Shown here: piece after piece, positions 12,537-25,822 of the stretch | Position numbering within the stretch: position 1 is the first letter of the stretch | How the letters are laid out: every line of letters begins with the position of its first letter | NCBI GenBank assembly: GCA_951406725.2 | Contig: OX597815.1 | Span: 184,140,001-184,204,000 of the forward strand | Reading direction: 5' to 3' | Length of the DNA stretch: 64,000 nucleotides | Source of the DNA: Octopus vulgaris | Lineage: Eukaryota | Program-made: the position numbers and the translations under genes | The notes under the pieces: model-generated | Database searches by the model: none | Told to the model about the DNA's origin: nothing | What the model saw: only the letters and a program-made list of their open reading frames with translations

Positions 12537-12571
<35 letters not shown>

Positions 12572-12938
12572 CATAAAAGTAATGGTAATGATAATTATAA
12601 TAATAATAACAACGACACACATACACATATATCATAATAATAACAATTATAATAATAATAACAATGATAACAACAACGACACACACACACACATATAATA
12701 ATAATAATAATAATAACAATTATAATAATAATAATAACAATTATAATAATAATAATAACAATTATAATAATAATAATAATTATAACAATATAATAACAAT
12801 TATAACAATTATAATAGTAACAAGTATGCCAATATAATAACAATTATAGCAATATAATAACAATTATAACAATTATAATAATAATAATAATAATTATAAC
12901 AACAACGACACACACACACACACACACGCATACACATA
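12533..12938. repeat. (TAA)n/(ACAATT) compound satellite with repeated aacaacgacacaca units
   Basis: Seen directly. Confidence 0.85.
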
Positions 12939-13485
12939 TACCTCGTCTGAGGAATAAGTATCCAAACTGTTGCTATACTAACGAAGATTTCAGAGTAAAG
13001 CCGCTTGGCAAAGATTGACCATGAACTCTGCTGTGAATGCACACTAAGCTTTGACGTTCTAGCTCACTTCCGCCATTTACAGCAGTGCTTGGAAGGAAGG
13101 TTTGTAGCGTGTGATCGTTGCATTGAACATGTCAAAAAGTTCAGCAGAGAATCTGCATCAAATTTTGCCAAAAGCTTGGCGATACCTGCTCAAAGGATTA
13201 CGCAAAGTTTTTGAAAAAATTTTCATCGTTCTCGACACAATCAAGGAGACCTTGAGAAACTGAAACCTGGGTGTCTTTTGGGTAACCTGAAAGCAGTTTA
13301 GGCACAAACTTGGTAGAGACGCGTTTCATACCCAAATCTTCAGGGATAATGGACTGAACTGAACTGTAACTAATCTGTGCATCCTCTGATATCTCACGGT
13401 TGGTGATTCGACGATTTTCCCTCACAGCTGCACCTACATCTCCGATGTTTTTTCTGAGTTGTGCTGGTTGCTTGTCTCCCAGACA
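12939..13485. mobile_element. Mariner remnant with an internal inversion
   Basis: Plus strand gives the N-terminus QQRICIKFCQKLGDT (~13140-13208). Minus strand gives RENRRIT...LGMKRVSTKFVPKLL (13210-13460), the WVP-linker region. Confidence 0.8.
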
Positions 13486-13500
13486 ATATATATATATATA

Positions 13501-13885
13501 TCTGGAAAATCCTGGAAGGCCTTTTACCAGACTTTGACATTGAAAGTTACTCAGGCAGCAGAACGGGTGCCATTGTATAGTGCCAATGATCCCAGCATCG
13601 CCATCGATCGTGCAACCGCTTGGGTTTCAAGGGCCTACAGCTCTTCAATATTTTTCCAAAATGCCTGAGAGACTTACATGTTGAGGATGTAGGTGACTTG
13701 AAAAAAGAAAAAAATGGTTGTCCTCCTGTCAGGGGTTCCATATGAGCCTACCGCATGGCAGGAAATACAGATGAAGGGACCGGCATCAATGTTCTTCCTT
13801 CACCAAATGTCACATATCAGAGGAGGTTTCAAACAATGGTGCAGCACAGTCAACGGCGGTGCTCCAGAATGACCGCATATGACAA
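13501..13885 (+). mobile_element. CR1/L2-group LINE 3' end (older copy)
   Basis: WKILEGLLP...LGFKGLQLFNIFPKCLRDLH...VPYEP, then cggcggtgctccagaatgaccgca. Confidence 0.7.
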
Positions 13886-14659
13886 TATGATGACAAAAAA
13901 AACAGTTCTCCATACTCTACCAACATGCCAAAGACCACCATGCAGGCAATTTGGGTCAACTTGACATCCGCATCTTATCCAAGCACCCGAAAAACCCAAC
14001 ACTCAGACAAATACGGGACTTCGTCCTTATAAATGAAACTTCCTCAATACTAAATAGGAAATATACATAGATATAATACCGCCAACCCCACGGTTTACAC
14101 AGGTAGAGTAGAATAGTTAGTGGACTGTTATATACATAGATGTATGTATGTGTGTGGGGGGATGTAAGTGTTTGCGTATGCACATGTATTTTTTTGCATG
14201 TAAGCATAAACAGATCAACATACAGACGGATAGGTACATAGGTTATAAGAACAGACAAGCACACATACGCAAATGGAGACTGACACACATGACCATGTAT
14301 ACACACACACTTTACTCCACACAAGGACACATATGGAGACACGGATCGACACATATAGAGATGCACATCCATCCATACATACAAACATGGTACATTGTTG
14401 CATAACACACACACACATACATGCACATATAAGGAGACAGAGGTGCATACATATACAAACACACGCTCACACACACACACACACACACAGAAAATAAACA
14501 AACACAGACATGCAAGCACATGAATATGCAGGATACATACATACAGATGCACACACACACACACATATATACATACGTACACATGGATACACACACATAC
14601 ATACGTACATGCATGAATAGGCACACACACTGACTCACACACATGCGCACAAACACACA

Positions 14660-14890
14660 AAAAGGAACGCAGTGTAAATAACGGGCAGAGTCAAGACTAT
14701 TGAAAAGGTTGCAAGACGCGACGAAAATTTTAGGAAAATAAAAATAAGAAATAAGTGGAAATTTTACTGGTGAGTGTGTTACATTATAAGGCCCAAAAAG
14801 AAAATGGCTCTCTCCAGACACAACATAATATGCTTCAACATACGAACTCCCATTAAAAATCCTGCAAACCAAATCCCAAAACGAAACATG
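14660..14890 (+). mobile_element. PLE-like terminus (same family as 8043-8268) with a decayed hammerhead-like motif at ~14696-14734
   Basis: About 140 bp shared with 8125-8268. Motif acta TTGAAAA g gttgc-aagac-gcgac GAAA attt tagg. Confidence 0.5.
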
Positions 14891-14892
14891 TA

Positions 14893-14925
<33 letters not shown>

Positions 14926-14984
14926 CCCGCGTCCTCGCGTGGTTGTTTTTCTGTTGTGCTTTATTTTGGGAAAAAATGGGAACA

Positions 14985-15225
14985 AAACAACACCCACAGA
15001 CCATATAGACACTCTACCTCGACAAAAAATACCTAAAACCTGAAAATGGAATTTGGAGACGCAACAACACAACCCCCTTTTTTAGGGAAAGGATACTTCA
15101 ATCATACTCCAGATCCAACATACAAAAAATTCCGAATCAACACACAAAACACATAGAACGCAAAATAATAAACCTATCAAAAAGAGAACTTAGCGAAAAT
15201 GAAATGTACCCCTACTATTAATAAA
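14985..15225 (+). mobile_element. Penelope-like ORF N-terminal remnant
   Basis: KIINLSKRELSENE resembles the conserved PLE N-terminal NLS...L...E..LL.KGL motif. Confidence 0.45.
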
Positions 15226-15334
15226 TATTTGTATATGTACAACCAGCCAAATCTCTAAATACCATATTTTTTCTAATATATAATATCTGTACATCACCTC
15301 CAAATCTTCTAATACATACATACATACATACAAT

Positions 15335-15445
15335 TTAAGAATAGGATAAAATCTTTATAAGAATTTATCAAGCAGTCAGCGGAAAAAAGCCTCATAAAGG
15401 GAAACAAATTATTAATTATTCTCTTTAAATATAGTTATTTATATA
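15335..15445 (+). repeat. Interspersed repeat terminus, homologous to 43795-43900 (minus)
   Basis: aataggataaaatct...agaatttatcaag...tttaaatata is present in both copies. Confidence 0.6.
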
Positions 15446-16105
15446 AAGAAGTATCAAGGCCAGTTAATGATCAACACTTTATCGATCGGAAAAAAAAGGT
15501 AACCCCAGGGAGATTTGAACTTACAGTGCAAAGATTTATATAAAAGTACTTAAATAAATAAATATATAAATCAATATATATGTATATACTGAGGTCTATC
15601 TAGTCAATCGGTTTTTCTTGAAAGATGAGGACAGTTGATTTTTTTAAGTCATGAGGAGTTCTGAGAATGTACTTAGTGGTATTTACTTAATTCTCTTTTC
15701 GTATGATTTGTTATCCCCATGAGATCGGCATTGTTTTCTATTTTATTCCCAGTTCGATAAGCTAAAATATCTGTCAAATAGTAAGTGTACTGTCTACAAT
15801 GTACCAATGTTACAAATTGTTATCATCTTAGGAAACAAAAGTTGAATCGGCAGAGCATTCAGCAAAATATTTTGTATTTTATAGCTAACTCCCTTTTATA
15901 GTCGCTGCGCGTTATAATCGAGTTTATTTTGTGGATGGAAATCCTGACGGAGTCGATAAAATATGAACCTGCTAAGTGCTGACAGTGATCTATTCCGACA
16001 GCTTTACCCTTTGTTAAAATGAATGAGGAAAACTTAAGAGTGTGAGATTCAATACCATGAATTATTTAGTTCACCCTTTACTGTCTGATTTCAAATACTG
16101 TCGAG

Positions 16106-16525
16106 GGATCTTTTCACTTTGACCGGCAGATTTAAAATATAATTTCTTTGTAACTAAACACTTTTAAACTTCGTATACTGGTAGAATGTTTCAAATAAAA
16201 TACCTTTTTCTCTTGGCGTTCTTGAGAAAATTCTGTAGTTTGTAAGCTATTTCTTGTTTAATTTCCCGTATTTCGGCAATTTCAACCAATCAATGACGGC
16301 TATTGAGGTGAATACAATTACTGCTGTTGTTTGTCAACAAGTTCAACAAGAACTTCCGGCGGTGTGAAATTTAACAAGAAATAGCTTACAAACTACAGAA
16401 TTTTCTCAAGAAAGCCAAGAGAAACAGATGTTTTATGTGACGCATTCTACAAGTATACGAAGTTTAAAAGTGTTTAGTTATAAAGAAATTATTTTTTAAA
16501 CCTGCCGGTCAAAGTGAGAAGATTC
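16106..16525. mobile_element. Merlin-type MITE with ~160-bp TIRs and an 8-bp TSD
   Basis: TIRs begin GGATC. Flanking direct repeat ctgtcgag (16098-16105) / ctgtcgtg (16526-16533). GG termini with an 8-bp TSD are typical of Merlin. Confidence 0.75.
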
Positions 16526-16959
16526 CTGTCGTGTTCTACATTGCCTTTAATCGTTATAATGTTTGCATAACATGCAAAGGAAACATTACATGCACAGGAA
16601 ACACGTGCTATAACAGCCACGGTCCACGTAACGTCTTGCCAATCACAGTGGCGTTGTTTTAGAGAGACGGGTGGAATTTAGATTCATTTAATAAAATACA
16701 ACCCCGTCACCAATAGGGAGAGAGAGGAAAGAAGTATCAATCCCTGTATATGATCAACACTTTATCGATCGAAAAAAAAGGTAACCCCCAGGGAAATTTG
16801 AACTTACAGTGCAAAGATTTAGATAAACGTATTTAAGACATTTTAGAGGATTCAGCTGGTTCACTATTTTTGCTGTAAGAATTACTGATCATGTGCAGGG
16901 AGATATTTAACGACTACACTCCGTCCCAATAATATTTATTTTCCATTTTGGTTTTCCCA

Positions 16960-17160
16960 CAAGACCAATGATTTCTGGGGCAGGAATAAGTCGTTCATGT
17001 CAAACCCACCGGAAATAAATTGGTACTTGTTTTATCGATCCCCGAAGGATGTAATCCAAGGTTGATCTAGGTGGAGTATGGACCCAGAACGTTAAGATCG
17101 GCGAAATTTCGCTAAGCATTTTCCCCGGCTTGCTAACGGTTCTGCCAGCTTGCCACCATG
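16960..17160 (-). mobile_element. SINE family B (degenerate)
   Basis: Reverse complement of ggcgagctggcagaa...cgttagca... Confidence 0.7.
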
Positions 17161-17504
17161 TTCAATAATAAATAAAAGCAATACGAATAATTGGAGCATT
17201 AGGCATGATAAAAAAATACATAATAAGAAAAAAACGTAGAAACTATACCTGGATTCTCAACACTACACACTATCAATAAAATAGACGTGCTAAGAACAGC
17301 AATACAACAAAACCTGCACCACACCTCAAGTGGAAACAAACTGGCGCAATACAATACAGGGAAAAGTTTGCACACACGCAACAACAGAAAAGAACACACA
17401 ATGCTGTTCACACCCCAGCAACACGGAGGTGTAGCAGGTGGTGCAGCAGAAATCTACCTGAAGCTCGAAACGTTCAAGGATTATATAATAATAATAATAA
17501 TAAT

Positions 17505-18090
17505 AATAATGGTCTCGAATTTTGCCACAAGGAGAGCAATTTTGGTGGAGGGGATGAGTCGATTACAACGACTCCAGTGTTCAACTGGTACTTATTTTAT
17601 TTGACTCCGAAAGGATGAGAAGTAAAGTAGACTTCGGTGAAATTTAAAGCTAGAGAGTTCGACGGGTAAAATACCTATTTCTTTACTACCCACAAGGGGC
17701 TAATCACAGAGGGGACCAGCAAGGACAGACAAACGGATTAAGCCGATTACAGCAACCCCAGTGCTTAACTGGTACTTATTTAATCGACCCTGGAAGGATG
17801 AAAGGCAAAGTTGATCTCGGCGGAATTTGAACTTAGAAGGTAGCGGCAGACGAAATACCTATTTCTTTACTACCCACAAGGGGCTAAACACAGAAGGGAC
17901 AAACAAGGACAGACAAACGGATTAAGTCGATTATATCGATCCCAGTGCGTAACTGGTACTTATTTAATCGACTCCGAAAGGATGAAAGGTAAAGTCGACC
18001 TCTGCAGAATTTGAACTCAGAACGTAGCGATAGACGAAATACTGTTGAGCATTTCGCCCGGTATGCAAACGATTCTGTCAGCTCGCCGCC
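17505..18090 (-). mobile_element. SINE family B, tandem multimer (three body units)
   Basis: One head at 18090, with repeated bodies joined at aatacctatttctttac. Confidence 0.85.
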
Positions 18091-18626
18091 TTCGTAATAA
18101 TAATAATAATGATGATGACGATGATATACCAGGTAGTGGCTTTCATGGCATCTCATCTTGACGGACTGGATGTGTTATGTACATTGTTTTGTTTTGCAAC
18201 AGCAAATATTCTGCTCAATACCTCAGATTTGGTTTTCAGTTTTTTTACCTTAATCAGTTGAGTATGTTCTTTGGTGGCTGACAATATATGCGTCTCTAAT
18301 CACGAGCAGAAGTAGTGGGAGAGCCTCATAGCTATGTGTTGAGAGGAATTCTTAGGCGTTTGGATAATTCACCTCTGGGAACATGGGTGTTTCATTCAAC
18401 ATCGTTAAACAACCCTTATTCAGGGACCTTTTGAGCGGGATGGGCTACTCGACCAGAAGAAAATTCTAACTGGACCCCACCTGTAAGGTCATGCGCTGTT
18501 TATCTTGATATAATATCACCATGTCGCGCACATATGGTTGTGATGCATGTGCCTGGTATACCCTTATCAGGTGGGTAGTCATGATGGGTATACTGGGTTT
18601 CGTATATTTGTACCCCAGTTCTATAT

Positions 18627-18787
18627 TAAAGAGATGAGGAATTATGTACATTATTTACATTTGACGGATATTTGTCCTCATCTTGTTTGTTGTTAACACA
18701 ACGTTTCGGCTGATAAACTCTCCAGCATTTTTCAGGTGTCTTGGGGAAATTTCGAACCTGGGTTCTCATTCCTAAGTTATTTTTCGA

Positions 18788-18790
<3 letters not shown>
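18627..18790 (-). mobile_element. PLE-like terminus with a minimal hammerhead motif (18695-18740)
   Basis: Minus strand: gacac CTGAAAA at gctg...cagc c GAAAC GTT gtgtt; next to (TTA)n. Confidence 0.55.
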
Positions 18791-18832
<42 letters not shown>

Positions 18833-18851
18833 GCCATATACCATATAACCG

Positions 18852-18927
18852 TGGGCATATGCCGTAGTGGTTAAGAGCGCGGGCTACTAACCCCATGATT
18901 CCGAGTCCGTTCCAGCCTGTGTCCTGA
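18852..18927 (+). mobile_element. tRNA-derived SINE head fragment (also at 61800-61841)
   Basis: gtagtggttaagagcgcgggctactaaccc is shared between the two loci; no complete cloverleaf. Confidence 0.55.
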
Positions 18928-19479
18928 ATAATAATAATAATAATGATAATAATAATAAAATATTGTCTACGTATGTAATTTCAAAAAGCATCTTAATCTG
19001 GAAACATTGTGAAATGTACTTTTAAATGCACATGATAGCAAACAACTTTTACTATCATCGTAAGATCGCACTATCATCTTATCACCAAATCACTTTGAGA
19101 AATAAGCTTCTAAATTTCTTATGCTCTGGCAGATATTCTCTAGAACAATACTCAGTGTGAAACCAAAAATATGGCACCCTAGTCATAACATCGACTTGAA
19201 CTTCTAACTTATTGTCTCTTGAGGTCTCTGGGTGAGATTTTGGAGTCAAATTGTGCAAAAAGAAAGCAAAAGTCAAACATATAATAATGAGAATTTAATG
19301 TCTTTTCCGTGCTAGCCTGGGCTGGACGGTTTCACGGCTGACGGCGAGGCTAGGAGTCTTAACAGATTTCAGTAGTCTGTTGTAGCAAGATTTCTACTGC
19401 TGGATTGCTTTCCTGACGCCGACCCATTTACAGGGTGCACTTGGTAATTGTTACGTAGCATCAACATCGACAGGGTCAC

Positions 19480-19697
19480 TAAGTATCGAAGGAGAGGGGC
19501 TTTCTCCGTCCGGGTTGCGGATCCGTGGAATAAGCTACCGGACGAGATAGTGAAGATGCCGACGACCGCTCGGTTCAAAGTCTCCCTTGACCACAAATGG
19601 CCTGAACACTTTGCATGAACACCACACTGTACATAACTCCATGCCCCCCTACATGGCCTTGCTTTTTGGTTTTTGAGCCAAAACTTAACTTAACTCA
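19480..19697 (+). mobile_element. CR1-clade LINE 3' end
   Basis: RRRGAFSVRVADPWNKLPDEIVKMPTTARFKVSLD resembles CR1 FS.RV...WN.LP...FK..LD. Tail ttgagccaaaacttaacttaac; a solo tail lies at ~31857-31888 (minus). Confidence 0.75.
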
Positions 19698-19860
19698 ACC
19701 TAAGACGAAATCCATTCAACTGAGAGCGGGAGCAGTATAGAAGGGACAGGTATAGTTATCTTGCTGTAGAGTAGATCCATGGATACGCTAGTTGGAAACA
19801 GGGGGGGGGGAATCAGTTAAAGAGTAACATAAAGAGAGCGACAGTGAGAGACTAGCCCTA

Positions 19861-20028
19861 ACCCGAAAGGATGAAAGGCAAAGTCGACCTGGGCGGAATT
19901 TGAACTCAGAACGTAACGGCCGACCAAAATAGCTATTTCTTTACTACCCACAAGGGGCTAAACACAGAGAGGACAAAGAAGGACAGACAGTCGGATTAAG
20001 TCGGTTATATCAACCCCAGTGCGTAACC
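19861..20028 (-). mobile_element. SINE family B fragment spanning a tandem junction
   Basis: Matches family B; contains the aaatagctatttctttac junction. Confidence 0.75.
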
Positions 20029-20149
20029 AATACCATATATATATATATATATATCTGCCCATTTTCAGCAGGAGGGCGCTTTTGACTTAAAGATCGGTGA
20101 TATTTTATGTTTTATTCAAGATTCTTAGCAAAATTTTATCCTTTTCTTG

Positions 20150-20560
20150 AATCGTTTGAAACCAACCGAAACGACATAAGACAGCATTTTCTCTTCATTC
20201 TAAATTTACCCAAGGGAAATTTGTCACCTTGATTTTACACAAGAGTTTACGGTCGATATTGGAGTTTTGTAATGATGCAACCGATACTTTATACTGACTA
20301 AACGCTCTGTATCATACACTTCAGAATTCCATATTTGTCATCTGCCTGTTTCCACCAAGTATATTTGGTGAAATATTTCTGTAGGTTATGAACAATGATT
20401 TCATCCTGTTCATCATTGGCGCATAGTTTTTTCATCTCTTCAGTATTTATTTCACTCTATTGACGAATTTAAAAAGCTTACATTTCTGCAAATACAAATT
20501 GCACAACTCCATCTTCACACTTCATACTTCACTCACATCAAATTCCCTTATACATACACA
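20150..20560 (-). pseudogene. Possible ancient LINE (RTE-like) endonuclease remnant
   Basis: EMKKLCANDEQDEIIVHNLQKYFTKYTWWKQ resembles the APE endonuclease ...L.I.N......KYTW motif; many stops. Confidence 0.4.
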
Positions 20561-21030
20561 CACCCTCAGCACACAAAGCCATTTTCCATAAGAAAAAGGT
20601 ATAAACATTAGAATTGTCATAAGTGGACAATAGCCTGTCGTATAGGAGCACCTATTTTATGTATAAAATCATAGTTCTATGCTATGAAAAATTATAAGTC
20701 TATTGGACGATTTTGGACTTTGTATACATTGTAAACATTTTGCTCTTGTAATATCTGTAGTGTTATGAAATATATTTGCTTTTTCTGTTCTAATTGCAAG
20801 CGGGGTTCTGATGGCTTTTAAAATCCTCACTCATAGGTATTCTTAGGTCTACGTCCTATAATACTGCCATAAAAGGCAATGGGTCTTCGTAATAGTCCAC
20901 AGGATTAATGCACTGGCAATCAGCATTACTTACCCGCTCTGTTTGGTGCTGTGAACGTCAAAGAATGTGTGGAAGAGTTTCCGCCATATAACCAAAGGAA
21001 TGGTCCTGGAAACTTTTACTTACGTTTATA

Positions 21031-21593
21031 TTGGGTTGTCCGGAAAGTTCGTGACGACTTTTACAGGAAAAAAAGGTAAATAAATACTTGCCATTACATT
21101 ACATAACATTTCAATCAACCAAATATGAACCATTTTGTTGCACAATGCGTCTCCATCTTTCCTTTAACTTGAAAATACCCTCTTCCCAAAATTGAGGTGG
21201 TTTCATGGCAAAGAATTCATCAAGGTATGTTTTGTACGTCATCCAAGGAATTGAAATTTTTACCATTCAGACTATTCTGCAAAGACCTGAAAAAGTGTAA
21301 ATCTGAAGGAGCAATATCTGGTGAATATGGAGAGTAGGGTAACATATCCCAGCCGAGCTGCAGCAATTTTTCCCTGGTTCCCAAAGCATCAAGTACCGAA
21401 AATGAACTTTCTTATCTTCCATTTTAAAGGGTTACAGAATTAACACAGGCTATAGGAACATAAACCTTTTCCCATGAAAAGATAGCTTAAACTGTGCTCT
21501 AAATTGACGTGTAGTCAAATCCTATGTTATGGACTCAACTATTTTCGAAAGGTGAGCTACTATAAATCGGCACGAACTTTCCGGACAACCCAA
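21031..21593 (-). mobile_element. Internally deleted mariner with TIRs and TA TSD
   Basis: TIRs ttgggttgtccggaaagttcgtg / cacgaactttccggacaacccaa flanked by TA. MEDKKVHFRYL is fused to LLQLGWDMLPYSPYSPDIAPSD...WRRIVQQNGSY. Confidence 0.9.
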
Positions 21594-23379
21594 TATTATA
21601 AAAAATTTTTGAATTCATCTCCAGATTAGAGCAATCCAACACTCTACTCGGACCTATGGCATTCTGCTTCTTTTACTTTTCCTTACTGAAAATACGTGTG
21701 TGTGTTCCACGAAATGAACCGGCCTTGTGTTGTAAATTCAAATCATGGACATATTAATCAAATACCGTTTTTGTAAATATTTCTACTCATCTTCAGTAAC
21801 TATGAATTACTTCCATAACGTAGTGTATAGGACATTATACTGTAGAAGATTCCTACTATAATGTTATCTCATGGAAATTATTCCATTGAAACGAATATAT
21901 GTACACATACAAACATAAACAATATTGGTAAACAAAAATTTATGAAAACACGAATTGATATTACTGTGATTATTTTGTCGTCTGTACACTTCGACTATAT
22001 TTCTGGATTACCAATGAAGAATTAATCAAAATCTATGCAAGAAATGTTTAGCTGAATTCGAGCATCTCTGAATTCGGCACTTTCCATCTAGTCCACTAGA
22101 AAATCTTTCTCGTCAAAGGCACTGTAATAGAGAAATACTGTAAATCATCACTCTTCCCAGCTAAAGGAATGCAATTAACGATCATTATAATGGACTCAGC
22201 TGACTGTCAGATCCCTTCCGCACTTGCTTCCATCTGTGTGGCATATCTTTACAAGCCGGCGAGCCACAGGTACTGAACTGGTGTGTGCAGAACAATTTCG
22301 TGGATCAGCGCATTTCGGATAGTCCCTATTAACATTAGCTCCGTGACTAGAATTTATAGCGAACAAGCTGTGTTCTTCGGTAGCACTAACAGGTCAGAGG
22401 TGTCTGTTCATTATCTATGGACCCAGGTGGGAATTTATCTGAAACAGATTAGTCACTTGTATCGAGTGACTCTTTAGGACATCGGATGAAATGTTACTTT
22501 GTATTTAGTTACAGCTGTTTATGCTTTGAATTTATACTCCCAAGGGCATCTCTACATTTTGTCCTTTAGGGTTGGTAATATAAAATATAATTCAGGTTAC
22601 GGTTCGATTTAATCAGCTAACTCACCCTGTGAAATTTGCTATTTTTATTATTTTCAGGGCGTTGAGGTTGCAGAATAGTAAGAGCATTCGAAAATACCTC
22701 ATGGTATATTTTCTAGCTCTTTAGTTTCTGAATTCAAATCTTGTCGAGGTCAGCTCCATCCTTCTAATGTCAAAAGATAAGGTACAAGTTAAGCCATGAA
22801 GTCAATGATATAAACTTACCCACTTGCTTTTCTTGAGCCTACTTAGAAACAAAAGACAATGAGCTGACTGAATCGTTAGAGCCTCGGAAAAATATCAATG
22901 CGATATTTCTTTTGGCATTTTACATCCCACCAATGTCAGCACTTCCGGTTCTAAAAACAGGTCAATAAGACAAAGTATCGTTCAAGCGGTGGTATCAGTT
23001 AAACTCTCCCTCCAAATTCTAGGCCGTGGTCATGGGTTAGAAAGATATTATTTTCATTGTTTGATACAGTCATTCTTTACGGCATTGAATTGTAACTCCT
23101 TTAAGTTCTGAAATAAAATCCCACCGAGGGTAACTTTCAATTCAGAATTGATGAAATGACAAACGTGTCAAGTACTGAATTCGATTAATCAAATATATAA
23201 TTCACTCACGTTTCTGACCTTGTTGCTGAGACCATTATAAGATACGAGGGATATATGAAAAGGCTTGAGCATAAAAAAGAAGAAAAACAAAACATGGAAC
23301 AAGACACTTGTTTATTCAAAAATCTGCAACAAGAAATAGAAATAAAAATATCATAATCATGAAAATGATCAAGAATTTA

Positions 23380-23612
23380 TATTTCTTTATTGCCCACAGG
23401 GGGCTAAACATAGAGGGGACAAACAAGGGCAGACAAAGGGATTAAGTCGATTACATCGACCCTAGTGCGAAGCTGGTACTTTATTTATCGACCCCGAAGG
23501 GATGAAAGGCAAAGTCGACCTCGGCGGAATTTGAACTCAGAACGTAACGGCAGACGAAATACCGCTAAGCATTTCGCCCGGTGCGCTAACGATTCTGCCA
23601 GCTCGCCGCCCT
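23380..23612 (-). mobile_element. SINE family B, young full-length copy with a 15-bp TSD
   Basis: TSD aaaatgatcaagaat at 23362-23376 and 23615-23629. Confidence 0.9.
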
Positions 23613-24879
23613 ATAAAATGATCAAGAATACTCCGAAAAGACTGTACTTACCAGAAAAAAATTGTTTCAGCTATCCAGCAGCCCTTTTTCTAGGTTAGGC
23701 TCAAAATTTTTCATACACCCCTCGAAGAGAGACAGATAGGAGAATGGAAATTATTATGGAGGAAGAAGTTTCCAGACATAGCTTAAGCCACTTAATGCTG
23801 TGATTTCAAATCCCACCTGGATCGACTTCGTATTCAATTATTTCGGAGGCAACATGATAAATACCAATCAAATACTGAACAGTAGAAAATCTTTCCAAAT
23901 ATAGACCGTGTGCCAAATATATAAGTCATTAATAACTTTATTAGAATAGCGGTGAATGGCAGAAATAATACCGTATTGAACTAAATAGATTGAAGTAATT
24001 AGTCCCTTCTTTTTTCTGGAGTTCAAAACCACTTACACGCTTGTTTTCATGGTTATGAGATCGATAAAATAACAGCCAGTAAAGTACTGCAATAAATTCA
24101 ATCGATTACAACAACTGCGAATTTTGCAAGCTCGTGTCAAATTTGGATATCATAATTACTGTTATTATTATTCGACCGGCAGCACGTCTACGTGCTTGTG
24201 TATAGATAATGGTTTTATAAGTTTACAAAATAGATACCGAAAAGAACAAAAAACGAAAAACACGTACGTTTAGCCCTACAATTTAATGTAGGACATAGGA
24301 CAACAAAAGTTTTCGTGTAAATCATTAAGAGAAGGAAAATTTGCTGCTTGGCTATAGTTTGTATTCTGTTGACAAAATTGTGGTCACCCAATGCCAAGAA
24401 ATCTCAACAGTAGTCAACATTTAATAACTGGCAGCCTTCGAAAACTAAAACGTATAAATAAGTAAAGTTATGGTGTAATTGCCATTGTGGAATACGCGAA
24501 AGCAAAAGAAAGGAAGAAAACACAGTAAGAATGTGAAGGTTGAAATGAGAAATATAAAAACAAATTCCATCATAACAAGAATAAAACTGGTTTTGTCAAC
24601 TTGCCAAGCGTTTCATAGGTAAACAAACCATAATTTACATTTGCTCGTGCAAATGTAAATTCCCATCTTTTGGTCAAAGCTATACGTGTATGTTCATTTC
24701 CAGGGACGTGGTGTGTTCGTCGAAGATACCTAATAAAGAAATACTGGAAATGCTATTGCATTACAGTAAAATATGCGATGTGATAAAACGATTAATAAGA
24801 TTCAATATCACCTACCTACATCGTGATTACTTGTATGAGTTCGTTAAAAGACCTCGCCGCATTTCAAACACCGCATGGA

Positions 24880-25670
24880 GTTAAGACGGAAGTTATCACT
24901 CACATCATAAACAGTTGTCCGAAAATGTCATCACGGTATATATCTAAAGATGAGACAAGATGCTTTAGCTAGGACACTATGTAATGAAATCCTTCGGAAG
25001 GATAACCCCGAGGAAAAACAAATAAGAACCCAGAGTATGGTTGAAGCCATTGCCACTTATTATAAAAAGGAGTACTGATGGAATATCCCAATGAAAACCT
25101 CAATACAATTTAAGCACAACAGACGTGGTTTAATAATTTGGGACAGAGAAGAGAGACTATGCACAGTTGTGGAAATTAGCTGTCCAGCGGATGTTAACAT
25201 AAAGCTGAAGATCAGTGAAAAAGAGAACACCTATGCTGAACTATTGAAAAATCTGCAGTTACTCTATCCAGATTACAAGTTCAGGTTTATACCTGTAATT
25301 ATTGGGGCCCTGTAATATATAACACACTGCCTAAATACCAATCTTGAGAAATTGGGCTTCTCTAAACCAGAAAGGACAAAACTAATTCGAAGACTACAGA
25401 TCAAATCCCTCACTGGAACTGTAAAATTTTGTAAAACTTTCCAGAAGTTTATCATTTGTAACTCTATGCATGAGAATACATACATAAAACATACAAATCT
25501 ACACACATACATACATACATACATACATACATACATACATACATACATACATACATACATACATACATAGGCTGTTGTTGATGTTGAAATTCCAATGAAG
25601 GAATCTTAGATCTAGGTTAGAAACTGGTTCTTTCTCTATTGGCAAGAAATCTTGAAATAAACTGAATAAT
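24880..25670 (+). mobile_element. R4/Dong-type LINE 3' part (restriction-like endonuclease) with 3' UTR
   Basis: HIINSCPKM zinc-knuckle remnant, KHNRRGLIIWD...VVEISCP (decayed PD-(D/E)xK), and FIPVIIGAL. (TACA)n lies inside and after the UTR. Confidence 0.8.
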
Positions 25671-25786
25671 GACATACATACATACATACACACATACATG
25701 CATGCATACATACATACATACATACATCTATGTTGTGCATGTCTCTCTCTCTGTCTGTATGTCTCTCTCTCTCTCTATATATATAT

Positions 25787-25822
<36 letters not shown>

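Noticed and set aside
17455-17485. ctgaagctcgaaacgttc as a hammerhead
   Set aside because: The core is incomplete and there is no stem II; at most a deleted remnant.
18130-18620. Probable interspersed repeat
   Set aside because: No second copy, termini or coding motif in the window to support a class.
18852-18927. tRNA gene
   Set aside because: Only the 5' half resembles a tRNA, with no T-arm or acceptor pairing; treated as a SINE head. The same applies to 61800-61841.
22190-22520. Cluster of E-boxes (cagctg, catctg, caggtg) and a GTGGGAA Su(H)-like site as an enhancer
   Set aside because: Short motifs are expected by chance, and there is no conservation or chromatin evidence.
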